Below, in pieces: positions 43,444 through 55,058 of a stretch of 64,000 nt of DNA; the first letter of the stretch is position 1, and every line of letters begins with the position of its first letter. The notes below the pieces were generated by a model. The model worked only from the letters and a program-made list of their open reading frames with translations, ran no database searches and was not told the DNA's origin. The position numbers were made by a program, and so were the translations under genes. Origin of the DNA: Waterburya sp. GTDB taxonomy: Bacteria; Cyanobacteriota; Cyanobacteriia; Cyanobacteriales; Xenococcaceae. The stretch covers positions 5,056,001-5,120,000 of the forward strand of contig CBDCJV010000002.1 of the NCBI GenBank assembly GCA_965217895.1. Reading direction: 5' to 3'.

Positions 43444-43694
43444 TCTTTTGAAGGATGAAGGATAAGGAAAGAAAGGCAATACTGCTGAGATAAGCTTCTC
43501 TATTAATTAGTTGTGCTTAAAGTAGTAGGTAGTAAATGCCTACTAAACGAGAAGTACTGGAAAAAAAGTGATTTTTAAATGTTCACTGCTGAATGCTGAA
43601 TGTTCAATGGTCAGCACACTGACGGAAAAACTGCTTAGATATATAGAGGCAGTCAAGTCAGTTAATTAACAAATTTCATAAATTAAATATCTAA

Positions 43695-44960
43695 ATGTCT
43701 TTTAATTCCAGTTCTACTATAGCTATTCCTAACCTGCATCGCTTAGTTTTTGAGAATGGCATCACGTTAATAATCGTTGAAAACCAAGCTGCTGATATCA
43801 TTTCAGGTCGCTTCTTCCTTAAAAATGCTGGCACAATTGTTGAAAAACCAGAGCAAGCAGGAGTCTCTCAATTAGTTTCGGCGGTAATTACTAAAGGAAC
43901 AAAAAATTTATCGGCGTTAGAAATTGCCGATCAAATTGAGTCTATTGGCGCGGGTTTGGGTGCAGATACCTCTACTGATTATTTTTCCCTGAGTTTGAAA
44001 ACCGTATCGGCAGATTTTCTCCCCATGTTGAAATTGTTGGCGGAAATCATGCGATCGCCTACTTTTCCTGAATCAGAGGTAGAATTAGAGCGCAAGCTAA
44101 CTCTTCAGGGGATTCGTTCGCAAAAAGAACAGCCATTTAACGTAGCGTTCGATCAGTTGCGTCAACAGATGTATCCCAAACATCCCTATGGTATTTCGGC
44201 TTTGGGTACAGAAACTAGTGTAACTAATCTAACTCGTGATGATCTAATGCAGTATCATCAAACTTATTTTCGTCCCGATAATTTAGTTATCAGTTTGTCT
44301 GGCAGGATCGCCAAAGAGCAAGCAATAAATCTGATTTCTGAAGTTTTTGGCGACTGGCAAAAGCCCGAACAGCCCTGTCCTCCTGTCCAGATAACATCTC
44401 TTACCTCAAATCCTTTCCAATCAGAAATTATCCAAGATACCCAACAGTCTATTGTCATGCTGGGTTATTTAGGCACAAAGGTAAATCTGCAAGATTATCC
44501 TGTCTTAAAGCTTCTCAGTACTTATTTGGGTAATGGACTGTCTAGTCGTCTATTTGTGGAATTGCGAGAAAAACGTGGGTTAGCTTATGACGTTTCGGCT
44601 TTTTTCCCTACTCGTCTAGATGTAGCACCATTTATTACCTACATGGGAACAGCACCTTCTAATACTGAGATAGCTATTGAAGGCTTAAGTACGGAAGTAG
44701 AGCGATTAACCAAAGAAACGCTAACCGAAGAAGAGTTACAGGGAGCAAAAAATAAGCTTTTAGGACAGTATGCTTTGGGCAAACAAACTAATGGCGAAAT
44801 TGCTCAAACATTCGGCTGGTATGAAACTCTTGGTTTAGGAGTTGAATTTGACCAGACTTTTCAAGCTACTATTCCTCCTATTACTCCTGAGAGGGCAAAG
44901 GAGGTGGCAAACCGTTACTTAAGTCAACCCTATATTTCTTTAGTGAAGCCAGAAGCTTAG
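43695..44960 (+). CDS. M16B peptidase, non-catalytic (beta-type) subunit
   Basis: SSRLFVELREKRGLAY motif; the HxxEH site is replaced by QLVSA. Confidence 0.85.
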   Translation: MSFNSSSTIAIPNLHRLVFENGITLIIVENQAADIISGRFFLKNAGTIVEKPEQAGVSQLVSAVITKGTKNLSALEIADQIESIGAGLGADTSTDYFSLSLKTVSADFLPMLKLLAEIMRSPTFPESEVELERKLTLQGIRSQKEQPFNVAFDQLRQQMYPKHPYGISALGTETSVTNLTRDDLMQYHQTYFRPDNLVISLSGRIAKEQAINLISEVFGDWQKPEQPCPPVQITSLTSNPFQSEIIQDTQQSIVMLGYLGTKVNLQDYPVLKLLSTYLGNGLSSRLFVELREKRGLAYDVSAFFPTRLDVAPFITYMGTAPSNTEIAIEGLSTEVERLTKETLTEEELQGAKNKLLGQYALGKQTNGEIAQTFGWYETLGLGVEFDQTFQATIPPITPERAKEVANRYLSQPYISLVKPEA

Positions 44961-45089
44961 GATGATCATGCTCTATCAGCGTTTTCTATCTATGCTTTTT
45001 AAAGACTCATAACTATAATCCGAGGTGACAATCATTAAACTGTTACACATTCGAGCGTGTTTTTGAGATAGATAGGCAAAAATACAAAG

Positions 45090-45172
45090 AGTGTGAGGAG
45101 TGAACTATCTAAGAAGCTTGTTTTTGGGATCGAAACACGGACAGAACCCCAAAGGCAAGCTTCTCTTTTTTT
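45090..45172 (+). ncRNA. yfr2: Yfr2-family cyanobacterial small RNA
   Basis: Single-stranded 5' motif GTGTGAGGAGTGAAC, then a long stem AGAAGCTTG..TTTGGG / CCCAAAG..CAAGCTTCT with a GAAACACGGACAGAA loop, then a T tract. Confidence 0.75.
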
Positions 45173-45415
45173 GGTAGGTGAGAGGATGCTAATCTTTGTC
45201 CAACAAACAATCACCCATTGTCTTTAAAATTATTTATATAATGATTCCAACTGTCTTAACTGATGATGTAAACGTCTGATGTGAAATAAAAAAAGCTGAT
45301 TCTTCTGTTCCCATCCAAAATTTGTCTGTAAAAACCGAAATATAATACTGGGGGAACTTTCCACTACTACCCCCTGTTGGGGACGTAACGACCCTCCCCA
45401 AAGCCGAGACAACGT

Positions 45416-45435
45416 GGGGCGAATGTATTCGCCCC
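45416..45435. repeat. REP-like palindrome
   Basis: GGGGCGAAT-GT-ATTCGCCCC. Confidence 0.65.
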
Positions 45436-45784
45436 TTTAAGTGCCGTCTTCCGTAAACATTAACCATGATTTCACTCATCAGCTAATTTCTAATTATCTA
45501 AATGAAGAGTTGAATTTACTTGAGTCAGGTTCAGGTTCTCAAAAAATCTTTATTTCTCTGGAAATATTGGACTTTTTATAAGCTGATAGTGAAAAAGTCA
45601 ATTTACATTAGGCGTGATGTAAAGAAGTAACAAGAATTATCCTTAAAGCAACATAATTGTTGAGGTCAGATACATTTTTGTATTTCACGCTTATGATTTA
45701 CGCTATATTCCAATTAGAACCTATGCACTTATTAAAACAGCAGTATGTAGGCTTTTAAAAGATTTAGCGTTAATCTAAAACAAT

Positions 45785-46657
45785 ATGACTTGGGTAAAAA
45801 GCTTTTGGCAATTCTCTCGCCCTCACACAATTATTGGGACAAGTCTTAGTGTGCTGGCGTTGTACTTTATCTCATTAGCCACTACAGGGAATCCTGTAAC
45901 AACAACGAATTTAGAACAGATGTTGGCAGTTTGGTTAGCCTGTCTGTGTGGCAACGTCTATATTGTTGGTTTAAATCAACTTTACGATGTAGAAATAGAT
46001 CGCATCAATAAACCTGAACTTCCTTTGGCTTCGGGCAAGTTTACCATTGGGCAAGGTAAGTTAATTGTAAGTATTGCAGGTATCCTGGCGTTACTAACTG
46101 CTAGCTTATCAGGAATATGGTTATTTGCCACTGTAGCTACTAGTTTAATTATTGGTACAGCTTATTCATCACCGCCAGTACGTTTAAAACAGTTTCCTTT
46201 CTGGGCAGCTTTTTGTATACTCACTGTACGGGGAGTTATTGTCAATATTGGTCTGTTTTTGCATTATGGAGATAAGTTAAACGGTAAAGAAGCTTTAAAT
46301 CCCTATGTATGGACGTTGACTTTATTTATCTTACTATTTACAGTAGCGATCGCCATTTTTAAAGACGTGCCAGACTTAGAAGGTGATAGACAGTTCAATA
46401 TTAATACCTTCACTTTAGTTATCGGCAAGCTGGCGGTATTTAACCTTTCTCGTGGAGTAATTAGCGTTTGTTATTTAGGCATGATTGGGGCGGGTTTATT
46501 TTGGTTGACTTCTTTAAACGTCAGCTTTTTTATTGCTAGTCATTTGGTCTTATTGGGATTACTGTGGTGGCGTAGTCGTGATGTAGATTTATCAGAAAAA
46601 AGTGCGATCGCCGATTTCTATCAGTTTATCTGGAAACTCTTTTTCTTAGAGTATTTA

Positions 46658-46684
<27 letters not shown>
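45785..46684 (+). CDS. hpt: Homogentisate phytyltransferase (tocopherol biosynthesis)
   Basis: FSRPHTIIGT, NQLYDVEIDRINKP.LPLASG, KDVPDLEGD and FYQFIWKLFF motifs. Confidence 0.92.
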
Positions 46685-48562
<1,878 letters not shown>

Positions 48563-48874
48563 ATATTAGAGTTAAACCCCGTCTGTCAAACGAAAACCGT
48601 AGTTTTTGAATCGGAGATTGAGCTAGTCACAGATTACTCCGCCCTAAACGGACGAAGCCTGCTGTGACCGTTGGTCAAACAGCAGGATATAATTTCTACT
48701 TGCTACTTGCTACTTACGAACAGTCAACTTAAAAACTCCTGGTTTCAACAAGTGCGTGGAAGCAAGGGATTAGCCGCAGCTAGCTTGGGAAACCCAAGCA
48801 TTTCCGCACTTCAAACTGGATGCGGTTTATTTGGGGCATTGTATAATTGCGAATAGCGTTGAAATCAACTTATT

Positions 48875-49447
48875 ATGACTGCTATTAATATTTCTGCATT
48901 TGTAGATAAAATAAGCGATCGCGATCTGGAAAAATTATGTTCGGATAACCCTGAAAGCAGATTTGAAACTACCCCTAAAGGAAGATTAATTGTCATGTCG
49001 CCAACAGGAAGCGAAAGCGGAAAGCGGAATGGAGATTTGTTCTTCCAAGTTGAATTGTGGAATCGTCGTTACAAATTAGGAGTTACTTTTGACTCTTCTA
49101 CAGGGTTTAAATTGTCAAATGGTGCAACAAGATCGCCTGATGTCAGTTGGGTAGAAAATGCTAAATGGGATAGCCTAAGTAAGCAGCAGCAAAGGAAATT
49201 TGCGCCTATAGATCCCAATTTCGTTATCGAACTAATGTCCCCCACTGACGATCTAGTAGAACTGCAACAGAAAATGCTCGAATATAAATCGTGTGGGGTT
49301 AAATTGGGGTGGTTGATTAACCCTGATGATAAAGAGGTGGAAATTTATCGTCCTGATGTGAAAAAAGAAATTCTGAGCAATCCAACTAGTTTGTCTGGAG
49401 ATAAAATATTATCTGATTTAACTGTAGATTTATCTGGAATATTTTAA
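48875..49447 (+). CDS. Uma2 family endonuclease (DUF820)
   Basis: MSPTGSESG, FDSSTGF.L.NGATRSPDVSW, PNFVIELMSP and LGWLINP motifs. Confidence 0.92.
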   Translation: MTAINISAFVDKISDRDLEKLCSDNPESRFETTPKGRLIVMSPTGSESGKRNGDLFFQVELWNRRYKLGVTFDSSTGFKLSNGATRSPDVSWVENAKWDSLSKQQQRKFAPIDPNFVIELMSPTDDLVELQQKMLEYKSCGVKLGWLINPDDKEVEIYRPDVKKEILSNPTSLSGDKILSDLTVDLSGIF

Positions 49448-49556
49448 TATCGATTAATTTACAATTTTAAAAGAAAAACCCATCCCTAACAAATAAAAAA
49501 GTGTGTCAGGAATGGATTCGTAATTAATTAGAAAATAAATTGTTTTAGAAAGCCAT

Positions 49557-51638
49557 TTAAGCAGCTTCTAATAAACCACTATGTCTCAATAATGGTTCGG
49601 TTTGTGGTTCTCTGCCACGGAATGATTGGAATACTTCCATGGGGTGTAGGCTACCTCCAAGAGAAAGTACGGTATCTTTGAATTTTTTACCCACAGATTT
49701 TACTGCTTGTTCGTCTTCTAAACCAGCTTCTTCAAAAGCTGCAAAAGCATCGGCACTAAGTACTTCTGCCCACTTATAGCTATAATATCCTGCTGCGTAT
49801 CCTCCAGCAAAAATATGCCCAAAAGCACAGAGGAAGTTATCTTCAGAAATAGGTTGCAAGACGCTAGTGGTTTTCGCAAGGCGATCGCGCACATCATTAG
49901 GAGTTTCTTCGCCTCCTGGTTCATAATTAGAATGAAGTTCCATATCTAACAGTCCAAAGTGTAGCTGACGCAACATAGCCGAACCACTCATGTAGTTTTT
50001 TGCCGCAACTAGCTTTTGGTAATATTCTTCAGGAAGAGTTTCGCCAGTTTGATAGTGTTTTGCCATACCGAAAAGAGTAGGACGATCATAACACCAGTTT
50101 TCCATAAACTGACTTGGTAATTCTACCGCATCCCATTCCACATTGTTAATTCCCGATGCACCTACATAATCGATGGTAGTTAACATATGCTGTAAACCAT
50201 GACCAAACTCATGGAAGAGTGTAGTTACTTCTCCAAAGGTCATTAGGCTTGGTTTATCATCTACAGGTGGAGTTTGGTTACAGATGAGATAAGCGACAGG
50301 TAGACGAGTTTCAGTTTGACCTTCAACGGTCATTTTAGCTCGACCAATGCAGTCGTTCATCCATGCACCACCGCGCTTTTCGGCGGGACGAGAATAAGGA
50401 TCGAGGTAGAAGAAAGCGATCGCATCTCCACTTTCATCAGCAATTTGAAAATATCTAACATCCTCATGCCATACGGGGGCTTGACCATCCGCAGCAGTAA
50501 TAGTTACCCCGAAAATGCGATTAGCTAAACCGAATAATCCGTCTAAAACTTTAGGTAATGAGAAGTAGGGGCGTAATTCTTCTTCATTGAAGTCAAACTT
50601 AGCTTCGCGCTGTTTTTCTGCCCAATAACTTACATCCCAATGCTTGAGTTCTTGTCCTGCAAAGGTTTTTAACTCCTCAAACTCTTTAACTGCCGCATCA
50701 TAGCTTGCACCGCGTAAATCATCCTGTAGCTTTTGTACCGCTGCTACATCTGGTGCCATTTTGCGTGCCAAACTCAACTCAGCAAAGTTATCAAAACCGA
50801 GAATATTTGCTTTCTCTTTTCTTAATTCTAAGATGCGATCAATATTACCGCGATTATCTAATTTTCCACTCGAAGCGCGAGAAACAGACGCTTGGTATAG
50901 CTTTTCTCGCAATTCCCTGTTAGTAGCATATTTCATATAGGGAATATAGCTAGGATAGTCTAAAGTCACCACCCAAGAACCATTTTCAGGAGTTGCATCT
51001 TCATCTCCCTCAGCCTTAGCGGTTTGCGCCATCAAGCCCAAAGCACTAGGAGGCAAACCTTCTACATCTTTTTTATCGGTTAGCTTAAGCTTGAAAGCCT
51101 TAGTCGCATCGAGAACGTTATTAGAAAACTTAGTCGAAAGTTCGGCTGACTCTAGCTGAATCTGATTAAATTTGTCTTTGGCTTCACCTTCTAAACCAAC
51201 ACCAGATAATTCAAAATCGCGAATGGAAGACTCTACAATACGTTGTTGTGCAGGTTCTAACTTGTCCCACTCCGCACCTTCTTTGATTCCTTTGAACGCT
51301 TCGTATAAAGGCTTACTCTGACTTAGTTTATTATAGAATTTGACTATCTCTGGCTGCATAGTCTCATAGGCTTCGCGCAACTCTGGACTATTCTTAACGC
51401 TCATCAAGTGTCCCACAATTCCCCAACTCCAGTCTAATCGCTCTTCTAATTCTGTCAGAGGTTCAACTAAACCAGACCAAGTAGGAGTTACATTCTCTTC
51501 TAGCTTGCTAACTTCTACCGTTAGTTCTTCTAGTAACTGTGTCATTGCAGGAACAACCTGTTCTGTCTTGATTTCGTTGAAGGGAGGTAAACCCTTACCA
51601 ATCAATAGGGGATTTTTAGTAATAGTTGCGTCTGTCAT
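49557..51638 (-). CDS. prlC: Oligopeptidase A (M3 family)
   Basis: HEFGH zinc motif, DAVELPSQFMENW and GYYSYKWAEVL; ATG at 51638. Confidence 0.93.
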   Translation of the reverse strand: MTDATITKNPLLIGKGLPPFNEIKTEQVVPAMTQLLEELTVEVSKLEENVTPTWSGLVEPLTELEERLDWSWGIVGHLMSVKNSPELREAYETMQPEIVKFYNKLSQSKPLYEAFKGIKEGAEWDKLEPAQQRIVESSIRDFELSGVGLEGEAKDKFNQIQLESAELSTKFSNNVLDATKAFKLKLTDKKDVEGLPPSALGLMAQTAKAEGDEDATPENGSWVVTLDYPSYIPYMKYATNRELREKLYQASVSRASSGKLDNRGNIDRILELRKEKANILGFDNFAELSLARKMAPDVAAVQKLQDDLRGASYDAAVKEFEELKTFAGQELKHWDVSYWAEKQREAKFDFNEEELRPYFSLPKVLDGLFGLANRIFGVTITAADGQAPVWHEDVRYFQIADESGDAIAFFYLDPYSRPAEKRGGAWMNDCIGRAKMTVEGQTETRLPVAYLICNQTPPVDDKPSLMTFGEVTTLFHEFGHGLQHMLTTIDYVGASGINNVEWDAVELPSQFMENWCYDRPTLFGMAKHYQTGETLPEEYYQKLVAAKNYMSGSAMLRQLHFGLLDMELHSNYEPGGEETPNDVRDRLAKTTSVLQPISEDNFLCAFGHIFAGGYAAGYYSYKWAEVLSADAFAAFEEAGLEDEQAVKSVGKKFKDTVLSLGGSLHPMEVFQSFRGREPQTEPLLRHSGLLEAA

Positions 51639-51761
51639 GTAAATAAATGCTTGCAAATCAATAGTTATATCTATTTACCCTAACGTTTTGTCTGTGTATA
51701 TTGCAGTAGCAAGCAGGTTGGGATTACCGAAATTTTGATTAAGCTTAGACGGAACTTAAGG

Positions 51762-52844
51762 CTAGCTAACTTTAGGTTGCTCGTAAGATATAACAATCGA
51801 CCTAAACTTTTCAGCATATTGGTAAATTTCTTTCAGATCTGTAATAGAAAATTTTTCTGAAACTTTATTTCCATTCTCATCAATTGAAAAAATTTCTATT
51901 TTCTTTTTCTCTGGATTATTGAAATGCAAGCGGACAATTGGTTTCCAACTATTATTATCAAAAAGAATATTGCAGTAAGTGGCGGTATCTTTATAGGTGA
52001 CTTTGGAAGGATCTATTATTGAACTTAAAATTGCTCTAAGAATATAATATCCTTCTCTTTCATTTTCAGTAAATTCAAGTTCATCTTCAGATGGCTCAAT
52101 TACTGGAGGAGGATCAATAACAGGAGGATTTACAACATCGTCTAAAAGATGCTTCATTTCTTCTGTAATGAATTCTTTAATTCCTCTAAGAGTATATTCA
52201 AAGAATTCTTCTTTTAATTTTCCCGAAAAAATATTGTCAGGACATAGTTCTTTAAAAAAGTATTTAACAAAATCATCACTCGGCAATTGCATTTGTCTTC
52301 TAAGTAAAGCTTTTATTCCTCCTACATATTTAAGTTCTGAAGCTGAGCTTATAGCATCTTTAACATCAAATGTAGATTTAGTTAGTTTAGAAAGTTCTTT
52401 AAGTGCTGACTCATTTAATTTCAGTAAATTAAGTTCTAAAAAAGGAGTTTTATCCATTTTATTTGGTCTTTCCAAGTCTGCGTAGAACTTATAAATTACG
52501 CCATTGGTTAAGATGCCAATTCGTGCATCGGTTGCTGAAAAATATGCAAATAACTGACTCCATTCATGATCATTTCCAAAATCGTTACCATAACATTTGC
52601 ATTCAATCAAAATGGATGGTTTGCCATCTTGAAATATTGCATAATCTAACTTAAATTTTTTTGCTGCACCTACATTAGCATCATATTCAGGCATGACTTC
52701 ATTGGGATCAAAAGCATCGTAACCTAATATATTTTGAATAAAAGGCATCACTAAAAACTGTTGAGTGGCTGCTTCCGTTTTAATTCCATCTAATTTTTGA
52801 GGAATTGTAGCTGCAAATGCTTTAATGCGATCAATGAAATCCAT
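51762..52844 (-). CDS. Stand-alone restriction endonuclease-like protein with an HsdR-N (PD-D/ExK) domain
   Basis: TEAAT..LVMPFI, EVMPEY, LDYAI..LIECK, QL.AYF and ILTNG motifs; no helicase domain. Confidence 0.75.
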   Translation of the reverse strand: MDFIDRIKAFAATIPQKLDGIKTEAATQQFLVMPFIQNILGYDAFDPNEVMPEYDANVGAAKKFKLDYAIFQDGKPSILIECKCYGNDFGNDHEWSQLFAYFSATDARIGILTNGVIYKFYADLERPNKMDKTPFLELNLLKLNESALKELSKLTKSTFDVKDAISSASELKYVGGIKALLRRQMQLPSDDFVKYFFKELCPDNIFSGKLKEEFFEYTLRGIKEFITEEMKHLLDDVVNPPVIDPPPVIEPSEDELEFTENEREGYYILRAILSSIIDPSKVTYKDTATYCNILFDNNSWKPIVRLHFNNPEKKKIEIFSIDENGNKVSEKFSITDLKEIYQYAEKFRSIVISYEQPKVS

Positions 52845-52916
52845 AAAATCATGCTCCAATATCTTTTTATGTGGAAGTGAGCCTATACAATTATCATTCC
52901 CACATAAATCAAGAAA

Positions 52917-53105
52917 TCAACCAAATTTAAAGCAAATAAATAAATTATCTGGAATTGGTTCAAGCATTAATTTAATCGCGTTTTGTAATTTTGCGATCGC
53001 AGTTTCTTTTGTATCGTCACAGGAAAAAACAAAATTAAGCTCAGGGCAGGTAGCAGAATAAGCTTGTGCTTCTTCATCCCATTCAATAACTGCTTGAATA
53101 ACCAT
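52917..53105 (-). CDS. HicB-like antitoxin domain, possibly degenerate
   Basis: VIEWDEEAQAYSATCPEL..VFSC.DTKETAI..LQNAIKL pattern of short HicB proteins. Confidence 0.65.
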   Translation of the reverse strand: MVIQAVIEWDEEAQAYSATCPELNFVFSCDDTKETAIAKLQNAIKLMLEPIPDNLFICFKFG

Positions 53106-53351
53106 AAATGCGTAATCTGTGTTTATTAAATTTTAGCTTGTCGAGATTAGAGAATGCGACCGCCTTTTAAGTTAGTAAAATATAGTTATTCTTACAGCTA
53201 ATATTGCATTTTTACTACTCTTTATTTTCGGAGAGTGGCAAAAGAGTAATATTTATAATCAATGGTTAAGATTCCAGTTTTAAAACCGCAAGAAGTTAAG
53301 TTGTTCTAATTTTGATAAATATCATTTTCGCTAATGGCTAATAATATTAAA

Positions 53352-54098
53352 TCAAATAAACAATAAAGGCTTATCTTTTAAAGGTGCAAAAGCTTTTGAA
53401 TTAAACTTATACAGACTTGCAGGGCGACCAGCACCACGAGATACCTTTACTCCTGTATCTAATAAAATACCCAGCTTTAATAAACGCGAGCGAAAATTAG
53501 AATAGTCAGAAAAGTTTTCACCTAAAATTGTACAGTAAAGCTGGTAAACTTCATTTAAAGTAAATTCTGGTGGCAAGACATCAAAAGCAATAGGGCTGTA
53601 TTGTAACTTGTTTTTAAGTCGATTCCAGCCATAACTGAGGATTTGATCGTGATCGAAAGCTAACTTAGGAATCTCGTTTACCTTGTACCAAGAAACACTA
53701 TTATCTGATTTAGTAATTATTTTGGCATTATCATATCTAAGCAAAGCAAAATAACTTACCGATAAATATCTTACTCCAAAGCTATCAAGATCTTCTCGAG
53801 GATCTCTACCAGGATTACCAAAGGAATATAGTTGTTCTAAATATAAATTATCTACCTGAATTTTTTCAGCTAAAGTGCGATAAGCAGCATCGGTTAGAGA
53901 TTCTCCTTGGCGTACTAATGTACCTGGTAAACTCCAGTGGCTTTTAAAAGGTTCTTCTTGTCTTTTACGTAGCAAAACTAAAACACGGTTATAGGTAGTA
54001 TCAACAGAAAAAATAACGTTATCTACACCAACTTTAAAATCAGCCAAACTCTCTAATTTGATTTTAGTCTTAGGTTTGATTTGAGAATTAGTTTTCAT
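53352..54098 (-). CDS. nrtR: NrtR transcriptional regulator (Nudix + winged helix)
   Basis: WSLPG..GESL..AA.R.L, LEQLYSFG.PGRDP, LAFDH, NFR and GRPASLY motifs. Confidence 0.88.
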   Translation of the reverse strand: MKTNSQIKPKTKIKLESLADFKVGVDNVIFSVDTTYNRVLVLLRKRQEEPFKSHWSLPGTLVRQGESLTDAAYRTLAEKIQVDNLYLEQLYSFGNPGRDPREDLDSFGVRYLSVSYFALLRYDNAKIITKSDNSVSWYKVNEIPKLAFDHDQILSYGWNRLKNKLQYSPIAFDVLPPEFTLNEVYQLYCTILGENFSDYSNFRSRLLKLGILLDTGVKVSRGAGRPASLYKFNSKAFAPLKDKPLLFI

Positions 54099-54697
54099 AC
54101 TGTTTTTTCTTGTTTATGCCGATTTGCTTTTACTTCATATAAATTATGTTGAATAATATAATCATTAACGGCAGGAATAATTAAGTTTTGATCCTTTTGC
54201 AGACGATAAGTGCTAGAAGCTACTTTTGGGGCATTTAAACTAGCGATCGCAACTCTTGCGCCAACTCCTTTTAATGTTTCTAAATCTTGTTCTTGAATAT
54301 CATATTCTACACGAGGAATAATTAAAACTTTTACTTCTTTTAATAAATCTTCGATACGATACCAGCTACTTATCTGCTGTAAGATATCTGAACCAATTAT
54401 TAAACTAAACTCCGCTTTTTGTCCCCATTTTTTCCTAGCTTTTTTGACCGTAATTAAAGTACGGCGATCGCTCAATTCGGGATGCAGGCTAATATTATTA
54501 TCAGCTAGACTAATATCTTTAATTGCCGTATGCAGCATCTGTGTACGATCTTTTAAAGAAGTTTGATGCTGTTTAAAAGGATTATCTGATGCCCAAACCA
54601 CGACAAGATCAAAGTGTTGGGACAACCAAAATAAAATAGTTTGATGTCCTATAGTTGGTGGATCTGCACTTGTACCAAAAAGAGCAATTTTTTTCAT
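54095..54697 (-). CDS. nadD: Nicotinate-nucleotide adenylyltransferase
   Basis: FGTSADPPTIGH, IIGSD and ASSTYR motifs; 4-nt overlap with nrtR. Confidence 0.88.
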   Translation of the reverse strand: MKKIALFGTSADPPTIGHQTILFWLSQHFDLVVVWASDNPFKQHQTSLKDRTQMLHTAIKDISLADNNISLHPELSDRRTLITVKKARKKWGQKAEFSLIIGSDILQQISSWYRIEDLLKEVKVLIIPRVEYDIQEQDLETLKGVGARVAIASLNAPKVASSTYRLQKDQNLIIPAVNDYIIQHNLYEVKANRHKQEKTV

Positions 54698-54920
54698 TAG
54701 TTAATGATCGAGTTACTAAATATAGCTTCAAACTTATTATCTATTGGTGACAAGTTGAGGCTATGTGTTGTTGGTCAAACTGTTTTTAGCTATTAGCTGT
54801 CAGCTTTTTAGACATTTTTAAGCTAACTTTTTTTTCTAAGGCGGTCGCTAATTAATTTTACCTATCTTATCTGAGTTCTGAGTTCGAGATAAGAAAAGGA
54901 GGGAGTAGTAAGCTGAAAAT

Positions 54921-54945
54921 GTATAGTCATTCCAATTAATTTCCT
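54921..54945. repeat. Second copy of the left end of the 4556-4686 element
   Basis: GTATAGTCATTCCAATTAATTTCCT is identical to 4555-4579. Confidence 0.75.
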
Positions 54946-55058
54946 CATGATTGGCTGGTCAGAGGTCAGAAGAATTTGAGGTACTTACAAAATTTTTCCT
55001 TTTTCGTATGGTTTCTATTTGCAAGTCAGCACCTACAGTAAAAACCCAGCCACTACAG

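Noticed and set aside
45085..45110. Yfr1 on the minus strand (ACTCCTCACAC motif)
   Set aside because: There is no second hairpin or terminator after the motif on the minus strand; the plus-strand stem, GAAACA loop and U tail fit Yfr2.
45230..45479. Two minus-strand ORFs (60 and 81 aa)
   Set aside because: They run across palindromic repeats and have no protein-like features; treated as non-coding structure.
48671..48856. 61-aa plus-strand ORF
   Set aside because: It translates heptamer repeats and hairpins and is probably spurious.
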